This document shows, one piece after another, positions 57,199 through 64,000 of a stretch of 64,000 bases of DNA. The position numbers and the translations under genes are program-made. Origin of the DNA: Rhodospirillaceae bacterium (GTDB lineage: Bacteria > Pseudomonadota > Alphaproteobacteria > CACIAM-22H2); contig JAIXXA010000038.1 in assembly GCA_027490975.1 (NCBI GenBank), positions 28,608 through 92,607 of the forward strand, written 5' to 3'. The notes beneath the pieces are model-generated. The model was not told the origin of the DNA. It saw nothing but the letters and a program-made list of their open reading frames with translations, and searched no databases. Each line of letters opens with the position of its first letter. The first letter of the stretch is position 1.

Positions 57199-57329
57199 TG
57201 GACGAAGCCCCGAAGATCGCCCCCGATTTCGAGAAGCGCCGCCGCGCGAAGAATGTGGCGATCGCGCTGACGCTCGCGGGCTTCTGCGCACTGTTCTACG
57301 CCATCACCGTCGTCAAGATGATCAAATGA
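57198..57329 (+). CDS. small single-TM protein between ctaB and ctaG (43 aa)
   Basis: Below the ORF-track size cutoff. It reads MDEAPKIAPDFEKRRRAKNVAIALTLAGFCALFYAITVVKMIK. Its ATG overlaps the ctaB stop (TGATG) and its stop overlaps the ctaG ATG (ATGA). Confidence 0.6.
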   Translation: MDEAPKIAPDFEKRRRAKNVAIALTLAGFCALFYAITVVKMIK

Positions 57330-57913
57330 GCGCCGAACCCGTCCCCCGCACTGCCGCCCAACAGCGTCGCGCGACCGGCCTTGCCGTCGCCGGCATCGGC
57401 CTTGGCATGCTGGCGCTGGCCTTTGCGGCCGTCCCGCTCTACCGGCTGTTCTGCCAGATCACCGGCTTCGGCGGCACGCCGCTGGTTGCGACCGCAGCCC
57501 CGGCCCAACTCGGCACGCGCCAGGTGACGGTGCGGTTCGACGCCAACGTGATGGGCGGGCCGCAGGCTTTGGGCTGGCGCTTCCAGGCGCCGACGTCGGT
57601 CAAGGTCACGACGGGCGAGGAGCATCTGATCTTCTACACGGCCGTCAATCGCGGCGCCGAAACCTCGACCGGCACGGCGACGTTCAACGTGACGCCGCTG
57701 AAAGCCGCGCCCTATTTCCAGAAGATCGCGTGTTTCTGCTTCACCGAACAGACGCTCTCGCCCGGCGAAACGATTTCGATGCCGGTGTCGTTCTTCGTCG
57801 ATCCGGCGATCGAAACCGACATCAACATGCGCGACGTCACGACCATTACCCTGTCCTACTCGCTGTACCGCGCGGCCGACCAGGCGAAACTGGCGGCGGC
57901 GACACCCAACTGA
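57326..57913 (+). CDS. ctaG: cytochrome c oxidase assembly protein CtaG/Cox11
   Basis: Tail of ORF 57164..57913 from MSAEPVPRTAAQQRR: AVPLYRLFCQITGFGGT...YFQKIACFCFTEQ. Confidence 0.92.
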   Translation: MSAEPVPRTAAQQRRATGLAVAGIGLGMLALAFAAVPLYRLFCQITGFGGTPLVATAAPAQLGTRQVTVRFDANVMGGPQALGWRFQAPTSVKVTTGEEHLIFYTAVNRGAETSTGTATFNVTPLKAAPYFQKIACFCFTEQTLSPGETISMPVSFFVDPAIETDINMRDVTTITLSYSLYRAADQAKLAAATPN

Positions 57914-57925
57914 GGAACCACGAAC

Positions 57926-58807
57926 ATGGCCCAGACCTCCGCCCACGGGAGCAAGCACCCCTACCATCTGGTCGAACCGAGCGGCTGGCCGGCCTTCGGC
58001 TCGCTGTCCGCCCTGGTGCTCGCCGTCGGCGCTTTGCTCGTGATGCATCCCGACCTGTTCGGCACCGGCTCGGAAGCCTTCTTCAAGGCGCTCGGGCCCT
58101 GGAAGCTCGTGCTCGGCTTCGCGATGGTGCTGTTCACCATGTACGGCTGGTGGCGCCAGGTCATCCACGAAAGCATGACCAAGGGCCTGCATTCGCCGGT
58201 CGTGCGTTTGGGCTTGCGCTACGCGATGGTGCTGTTCATCGCCTCGGAAGTGATGTTCTTCGTCGCGTTCTTCTGGTCCTATTTCCACTTCTCGTTCTAC
58301 CCGGCGCTGCACACGATCGGCGGCGTGTGGCCGCCCAAGGACATCATCACGTTCGATCCGTGGGATCTGCCGTTCCTCAACACGCTGATCCTGCTGGCCT
58401 CGGGTGCGACCGTCACCTGGGCGCACCATTCGCTGATCGAGGGCAACCGCCAGGGTCTGATCTGGGGCCTCGTTGCGACGGTGGCGCTCGGCATCGCGTT
58501 CACGGCCTGCCAGGTCTACGAATACAGCCACGCCGCCTTCTCGTTCGACGCCAACATCTATTCGTCGGTGTTCTACATGGCGACGGGCTTCCACGGCTTC
58601 CACGTGCTCGTCGGCACGATCTTCCTGGCCGTCTGCCTCGTGCGCGCGATCAAGAACCAGTTCACGCCCGAGCGCCATTTCGGCTTCGAGGCGGCGGCCT
58701 GGTACTGGCACTTCGTCGACGTCGTGTGGCTGTTCCTGTTCGCGGTCATCTACGTCTTCGGCGAAGGTCCCGTCAGCCTGCCGGGCCACGGCCCGTGGTC
58801 GAGCTGA
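57926..58807 (+). CDS. ctaE: cytochrome c oxidase subunit III
   Basis: ORF 57926..58807: HPYHLVEPSGWP...ATGFHGFHVLVGT...AAWYWHFVDVVWLFLF. Confidence 0.95.
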   Translation: MAQTSAHGSKHPYHLVEPSGWPAFGSLSALVLAVGALLVMHPDLFGTGSEAFFKALGPWKLVLGFAMVLFTMYGWWRQVIHESMTKGLHSPVVRLGLRYAMVLFIASEVMFFVAFFWSYFHFSFYPALHTIGGVWPPKDIITFDPWDLPFLNTLILLASGATVTWAHHSLIEGNRQGLIWGLVATVALGIAFTACQVYEYSHAAFSFDANIYSSVFYMATGFHGFHVLVGTIFLAVCLVRAIKNQFTPERHFGFEAAAWYWHFVDVVWLFLFAVIYVFGEGPVSLPGHGPWSS

Positions 58808-58843
58808 TCGGCCTGCTTGCCGCTCGCAGCCTAGGCGTCGTCG

Positions 58844-59560
58844 ATGTTTGACCGGTTCTTCGCCGGCTTCCAGCCGCGCCTGGTGCCGACTCTGCTGAGC
58901 CTGCCGGGCGTGGTGATCCTGTTCGGACTCGCGGGCTGGCAGTTCTCGCGCCACATCGAACGCGGGGCCGAAAACGATTTTCGCGCGGCCCGTCTTGCTT
59001 TGGCGGCCGTCGATGTCGATGCCGCCATGGCCGATCCGGAGGCCCATCGCTTTCGCCGCGTGACGGCCGAGGGAACTTTCGCGCACGACAAGGAACTCTA
59101 CGTCTATGCGCGCTCGCAGCGCGGCAACGAAGGTTTCTATGTGGTGACGCCGCTGCTGCGCGAAGGCAAGCAAGCCGTGCTCGTCAACCGCGGCTGGGTT
59201 CGCAAGGAACTGCGCGATGCTTCCCTGCGGACTGCGGGCCAGGTCGGCGGCGTGCAGCGCATCGAGGGCATTCTGCGCGACGAGCCGCGTCGCGGCCCCT
59301 GGATGCCCGACAACGAAATCGCCTCGAACCAGTGGTTCTGGTTCGATCTGCCCGCGATGCAGACGGCCGCGTCTCTGCCCGCCATGTTGCCCGTCTATAT
59401 CGAGGCCGACCTCGAGCCGCGCAATCCGGGCGGCTGGCCGCGCGGCGGCCAGACCCAGACGCAACTGCCGCGCCCGCATCTGCAATACGCCTTCACGTGG
59501 TTCTGCCTCGCGATCGCCTTGGCGGCGGTCTATCTCCTCTCGCAAAGGCGCAAGCCGTGA
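58844..59560 (+). CDS. surf1: SURF1 family cytochrome oxidase biogenesis protein
   Basis: ORF 58844..59560: GLAGWQFSRH...GFYVVTPL...VLVNRGWV...HLQYAFTWFCLA. Confidence 0.88.
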   Translation: MFDRFFAGFQPRLVPTLLSLPGVVILFGLAGWQFSRHIERGAENDFRAARLALAAVDVDAAMADPEAHRFRRVTAEGTFAHDKELYVYARSQRGNEGFYVVTPLLREGKQAVLVNRGWVRKELRDASLRTAGQVGGVQRIEGILRDEPRRGPWMPDNEIASNQWFWFDLPAMQTAASLPAMLPVYIEADLEPRNPGGWPRGGQTQTQLPRPHLQYAFTWFCLAIALAAVYLLSQRRKP

Positions 59561-61047
59561 ACGCGTACGCGCATCTCGAAGCGCGCTTCAAACGCATGAA
59601 TCTGGTGCGCGACGCGATCGCGATGCTGGAATGGGACGCCGCCGCCATGATGCCGGACGGCGGGTCGGACGCGCGCGCCGACCAACTCGCGGCGCTGAAG
59701 CTCGTTGTGCACGAACAGGCGACGTCGCCCGCCCTTGCCGAATGGCTCGATGCGGCCGGCGAAGGGCAGGCGCTCGACGGTTGGCAACGCGCCAATCTGC
59801 GCGAGATGAAGCGCAGCTTCGCGCACGCGACGGCGTTGCCCGCCGACCTCGTGGAAGCGCAGTCGCGCGCGGTCTCGACCTGCGAGATGCGCTGGCGCAC
59901 CGCGCGCAAGGAAAACGACTTCAAAGGCCTGCTGCCCGATCTGCAGCGCGTGCTCGATCTCGCGCGCGAAGAAGCGCAGATCAAGGCGCAGAAATTCGGC
60001 TGCAGCCTCTACGACGCGCTGCTCGACGCCTACGAGCCCGGCGGCAAGTCCGCCGCGATCGATGCGATCTTCGCCGATCTGGCGACGTTCCTGCCGGGCT
60101 TCATCGATGCGGCGCTGGCGCGCCAGGCGCGCAAGCCCGCGCCCATTCCGTTCGACGGACCGTTTCCGGCGGACGCGCAAAAGAAGCTTGCGGCCGAACT
60201 GATGGCGGCGGTCGGTTTCGATTTTGCGCACGGCCGCCTCGATACGAGCCACCATCCGTTCTGCGGCGGCGTGCCGGACGACGTGCGCCTCACGACGCGC
60301 TGGGACGAGGCGGATTTCGCCAAGGGTCTGATGGGCGTCATGCACGAAACCGGGCATGCGATGTACGAGCGCGGTCTGCCCCTCAAATGGCGCCACCAGC
60401 CGGTGGGCTTCGCGCGCGGCATGAGCGTGCACGAAAGCCAGTCGCTGCTCGTGGAGATGCAGGCCGCGCGCAGCGATGCGTTCTTGGCCTATCTAGCGCC
60501 CAAAGCGGCGGCGGCGTTCGGCAAATCGGGTCCTGCTTGGACGGTCGACAATTTCGCGCGCGTCTATCGCCGCGTGCAGCGCGGCCTCATCCGCGTGGAT
60601 GCCGACGAGGCCACATACCCCGCCCACGTGATCCTGCGCTACCGGCTCGAGCGCGCGATGATCGAGGGAAACCTGGCGCTGCGCGACCTGCCGGGCGCCT
60701 GGAACGACGGCATGCGCGAACTGGTGGGCACCGTCCCGCCCGACGACCGCGACGGCTGCCTGCAGGACATCCACTGGCCCGGCGGCGCTTGGGGCTATTT
60801 CCCGACCTACACGCTGGGAGCGATGACGGCCGCCCAATTGTTCGATGCCGCCAAGCGCGCCGATGCCGACATTGTGCCGTCGATCGGCAAAGGCAATTTT
60901 GCGCCGCTGATGGCGTGGCTGCGCAAAAACGTGCACGAGCAAGGCTCGCATCTCGACACCGATGCGCTGCTGGTCAGGGCCACCGGCAAGACGCTGGACG
61001 CCGGAATTTTCAAAGCGCACCTTGAAGCGCGTTATCTCGACGCCTGA
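59557..61047 (+). CDS. carboxypeptidase M32 (Taq-type metallocarboxypeptidase)
   Basis: In-frame part of ORF 59332..61047. A GTG at 59557 overlaps the surf1 stop (GTGA). It contains HPFCGG, HETGHAMYE (HExxH) and DIHWPGGAWGYFPTY. Confidence 0.9.
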   Translation: MNAYAHLEARFKRMNLVRDAIAMLEWDAAAMMPDGGSDARADQLAALKLVVHEQATSPALAEWLDAAGEGQALDGWQRANLREMKRSFAHATALPADLVEAQSRAVSTCEMRWRTARKENDFKGLLPDLQRVLDLAREEAQIKAQKFGCSLYDALLDAYEPGGKSAAIDAIFADLATFLPGFIDAALARQARKPAPIPFDGPFPADAQKKLAAELMAAVGFDFAHGRLDTSHHPFCGGVPDDVRLTTRWDEADFAKGLMGVMHETGHAMYERGLPLKWRHQPVGFARGMSVHESQSLLVEMQAARSDAFLAYLAPKAAAAFGKSGPAWTVDNFARVYRRVQRGLIRVDADEATYPAHVILRYRLERAMIEGNLALRDLPGAWNDGMRELVGTVPPDDRDGCLQDIHWPGGAWGYFPTYTLGAMTAAQLFDAAKRADADIVPSIGKGNFAPLMAWLRKNVHEQGSHLDTDALLVRATGKTLDAGIFKAHLEARYLDA

Positions 61048-61081
61048 GACGCCCCTTCGCGACGGAGACGAGAAAAAGCTC

Positions 61082-62479
61082 GTGCGTTACATTTCCACCC
61101 GCGGCCAAGCGCCTTCGCTTGCTTTCGACGACGTGCTGCTCGCCGGTCTGGCGCGCGATGGCGGACTCTACGTGCCCGAAGCGTGGCCGCAATTCTCGCC
61201 GGCCGAATGGCGCACTTTGCGCGACCGACCCTATGCCGAAATCGCGGCGGCCGTGCTGCGCCCGTTTGTCGGCGGCACAATTGCCGACAACGACCTCAAG
61301 CGCCTTGCGGCCGAAACCTATGCAGGCTTCGGCCATCCGGCGGTCGCCCCGTTGAAGCAGCTGGGTCCTGGCCTGTGGACGATGGAGCTGTTCCACGGAC
61401 CCACGCTTGCGTTCAAAGACTATGCGCTGCAGCTCGTCGGCCGCCTGTTCGACCATGTGCTCGCCGCCAAGGGGACGCGCGTGATGGTCGTGGGTGCGAC
61501 GTCGGGCGACACCGGGCCTGCGGGTATCGCCGCGTGCATGGAACGCGCGGCCGTCGACATCGTGATGCTGCATCCCCATGGCCGCACCTCGCCCGTGCAG
61601 CGCCGCCAGATGACGACCGTGCTGTCCGCCAATGTGCGCAATATCGCGCTCGAAGGCACGTTCGACGACTGCCAGGACGCGGTCAAAGCGCTGTTCAACG
61701 ATCTCGAATTCCGCGACCGGTACAATCTGTCGGCCGTCAATTCGATCAACTGGGCGCGCGTTGCGGCCCAGATCGTCTACTACGCGCACGCGGCTTTGTC
61801 GCTGGGTGCGCCCGACCGCATAGTCGATTTCTGCGTGCCCACCGGCAATTTCGGCAATGTGCTGGCGGCCTACGGGGCCAAACGCATGGGCCTGCCCGTG
61901 GGCCGCATGATCGTTGCGACCAATCGCAACGACATCATGGCCCGCACGGTCGCCACGGGCCGCATGGCGCTGGAAGCCGTGGCCCCCACCGTGTCGCCGT
62001 CGATGGATGTGCAGATCTCGTCGAATTTCGAGCGGCTGATGTTCGAGCTCAACGCGCGCGACGGTGCGGCCACCGCCGCCATGATGGCGAAGTTCCGCAC
62101 CGACGGCCGTTTGGAATTCGCGCCCTCGCAGCATGCCGATCTTGCCGCCGAATTCGATGCAGGTGCCTGCGACGAAGCAGCCACGCTTGCCGAAATCGGC
62201 GAAACCTACCGCACGACGGGCGAACTCATCGATCCGCACACGGCTGTGGCGCTGCATGTGGCGCGCAAAGCCCGGCGCGGCAACAACTCGGTCGTGGTCG
62301 CATCGACCGCACATCCGGCGAAATTCCCCGACGCGGTCGAACGCGCGACCGGCGTGCGCCCGGCTTTGCCGCCGCGTCTGACCGATCTGTTCGAGCGGCC
62401 CGAGCGCGTCGAAGTGCTGCCCAACGACCTTGCGCGCGTCAAACAGGTCGTTTCCGACCTCGCGGCGAGGGCGCGATGA
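61082..62479 (+). CDS. thrC: threonine synthase
   Basis: In-frame part of ORF 60962..62479 from (GTG)RYISTRGQAPSLAFDDVLLAGLARDGGLYVP. It contains HGPTLAFKDYAL (PLP lysine) and GATSGDTG. Confidence 0.93.
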   Translation: MRYISTRGQAPSLAFDDVLLAGLARDGGLYVPEAWPQFSPAEWRTLRDRPYAEIAAAVLRPFVGGTIADNDLKRLAAETYAGFGHPAVAPLKQLGPGLWTMELFHGPTLAFKDYALQLVGRLFDHVLAAKGTRVMVVGATSGDTGPAGIAACMERAAVDIVMLHPHGRTSPVQRRQMTTVLSANVRNIALEGTFDDCQDAVKALFNDLEFRDRYNLSAVNSINWARVAAQIVYYAHAALSLGAPDRIVDFCVPTGNFGNVLAAYGAKRMGLPVGRMIVATNRNDIMARTVATGRMALEAVAPTVSPSMDVQISSNFERLMFELNARDGAATAAMMAKFRTDGRLEFAPSQHADLAAEFDAGACDEAATLAEIGETYRTTGELIDPHTAVALHVARKARRGNNSVVVASTAHPAKFPDAVERATGVRPALPPRLTDLFERPERVEVLPNDLARVKQVVSDLAARAR

Positions 62480-63735
62480 GCGTGCGCGTCGAAAGCCTGG
62501 CCAACGGCCTGCGCGTCGCAAGCGACCGCATGGACCAGGTCGAAACCGTTTCGGTCGGCCTCTATGTGGGGGCCGGAACGCGCCACGAGCCGGCGGCTTT
62601 GAACGGTGTGGCGCACATGCTCGAGCATATGGCGTTCAAGGGGACTTCGCGGCGCGACGCCAAGGCCATCGCCGAAGAGATCGAAAACGTCGGCGGTTTC
62701 ATGAACGCGCATACGGGCCGCGAGCAGACCGCCTATTACATCAAATGCCTCAAGCAGGATTTCGACCTCGCGCTGGACATCCTCGCCGACATCTTTCTGA
62801 ACTCGACCTACGATCCGGCCGAGTTCGAGCGCGAGCGCGGCGTCATCCTTCAGGAACTCGGGCAAGTCGAAGACACGCCCGACGACGTGATCTTCGACCG
62901 TTTCCAGGAAACGGCCTATGCGGACCAGGCACTCGGCCGGCCCGTGTTGGGCACGGCCGACATCATCCGCAAACTGCCGCGCCAGGCCGCCCTCGATTGG
63001 CGCGCTTCGATCTATGCGCCGAGCAATGTGGTGCTCGCAGCGGCCGGCAATTTCGATCCAGCACATTTGGCAAGCCGCGCCGATGCGCTGCTGGGCGGCT
63101 GGCGTGCGAACGGCGCGGCGTTCAACGAAGTGGCGCGCTACACCGGCGGCGAGTTCCGCGACGACAGCGATCTCGAGCAGGCGCATCTCGTGCTGGGTTT
63201 CCCCGGCGTGGGCTTCGCGGATCCCGACTATTGGGCCGTGCAGATATTGGCGACGATGCTGGGCGGGGGCATGTCTTCGCGCCTGTTCCAGGAGATCCGC
63301 GAAAAGCGCGGCCTGTGCTATTCGATCTCGGCGCATGCCGCCTCGTTCGCCGACGGCGGCATGTTCGATATCTATACAGGCACCGGCGAAACCGAAATGG
63401 CCGAGCTCATTCCGGCCCTCGCCGACCAGCTGCGCGGCGCACGCGCCAGGGCCAGCGACGCCGAACTGCGCCGCGCCAAGGCGCAGATGCGCGCCGGCCT
63501 GCTGATGTCGCTCGAGAGCACGAATGCGCGCATGGATGCGCTCGGCGCCAATCTGCTGATCTTCGGACGCGACATCACGCCGGAGGAAGTGACCGCGAAG
63601 GTCGAGGCCGTGTCGCACGACGATCTGATGCGCGTGGCCGCGCGCATTTTCGCCGGGCGCCCGACCTTGGCAGCCTTGGGGCCGCTTGCCCATCTCGAGA
63701 GTCTCGAAAAGATCGCGGCTCGAATCGCGGCGTAG
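62476..63735 (+). CDS. M16 family zinc peptidase (pitrilysin/PqqL-like)
   Basis: Tail of ORF 61183..63735 from MSVRVESLANGLRV. The zinc motif is GVAHMLEHMAFKGT (HxxEH). The ATG overlaps the thrC stop (ATGA). Confidence 0.9.
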   Translation: MSVRVESLANGLRVASDRMDQVETVSVGLYVGAGTRHEPAALNGVAHMLEHMAFKGTSRRDAKAIAEEIENVGGFMNAHTGREQTAYYIKCLKQDFDLALDILADIFLNSTYDPAEFERERGVILQELGQVEDTPDDVIFDRFQETAYADQALGRPVLGTADIIRKLPRQAALDWRASIYAPSNVVLAAAGNFDPAHLASRADALLGGWRANGAAFNEVARYTGGEFRDDSDLEQAHLVLGFPGVGFADPDYWAVQILATMLGGGMSSRLFQEIREKRGLCYSISAHAASFADGGMFDIYTGTGETEMAELIPALADQLRGARARASDAELRRAKAQMRAGLLMSLESTNARMDALGANLLIFGRDITPEEVTAKVEAVSHDDLMRVAARIFAGRPTLAALGPLAHLESLEKIAARIAA

Positions 63736-63739
63736 TCCC

Positions 63740-64000
63740 TCAGGCGTGGCCAGCTTCGCCCGAAAGCCGGCTCAGATCGACGCCGAGCCGGCCGATGGCG
63801 CGCTGCCACAGCGTGTCGAGCCCCTGGTCGAACACCAGATCGGCGTCGGCGGGCACGGTGAGCCAGCCATTGCGCTGGATCTCGCCTTCGAGCTGGCCCG
63901 CCGACCAGCCCGCGCAGCCCAGGGCGAGCAGCGAGCGTTGCGGCCCGTCGCCGATCGCGAGCGCTTTCAGAATGTCGATGGTCGCGGTAAGCGCGATGCC
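63740..64000 (-). CDS. YqgE/AlgH family (UPF0301) protein, C-terminal part. The N-terminus runs off the right edge.
   Basis: The reverse strand reads [58 protein letters not shown]...stop. [16 protein letters not shown] is characteristic of the family. Confidence 0.8.
   Translation of the reverse strand, partial: GIALTATIDILKALAIGDGPQRSLLALGCAGWSAGQLEGEIQRNGWLTVPADADLVFDQGLDTLWQRAIGRLGVDLSRLSGEAGHA

Overview
High-GC chromosomal segment, most likely from an alphaproteobacterium. The lineage call rests on a CcrM-type GANTC methyltransferase next to rnhB, a DUF1013/TrcR-like gene, and the coxB-ctaD-ctaB-ctaG-ctaE-surf1-thrC-M16 peptidase order. I support about 65 protein-coding genes, one tRNA-Arg(ACG), one clear bidirectional terminator, one short tandem repeat and a few candidate regulatory motifs. 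No rRNA, CRISPR array, transposase or integrase is visible. Most of the window is housekeeping: dapD-dapE, argB, engB-yidC-yidD-rnpA-rpmH, rlmI, gpt, ccrM-rnhB, prpE-like acyl-CoA ligase, the aa3 cytochrome oxidase cluster, and thrC. Accessory or poorly understood content sits at five places: 3.9-5.0 kb (cyanuric acid hydrolase/barbiturase-family gene); 10-13 kb (TVP38 / disulfide oxidoreductase / DUF547 trio); 22.6-24.8 kb (membrane protein / YCII / ECF sigma with C-terminal extension); 26.5-29.8 kb (tRNA-Arg, copCD, a decayed gene and small secreted proteins); and 34.4-47 kb. The strongest candidate for something undescribed is at 34.4-38.4 kb. Two mutually paralogous ~120-aa proteins of unknown function are linked by overlapping stop/start codons to an Lhr-type DEXH helicase, which is followed 11 nt later by the PdeM phosphoesterase. 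The DNA ligase and exonuclease that normally accompany that pair are absent from the window. Directly downstream, a photolyase heads a tightly packed lipid-modification operon preceded by a motif resembling a sigmaE/ChrR-type ECF promoter. Many long ORFs in the supplied six-frame track are antisense or out-of-frame shadows typical of high-GC DNA and were rejected. All family assignments come from reading the translations and recalling family signatures; no database search was run.
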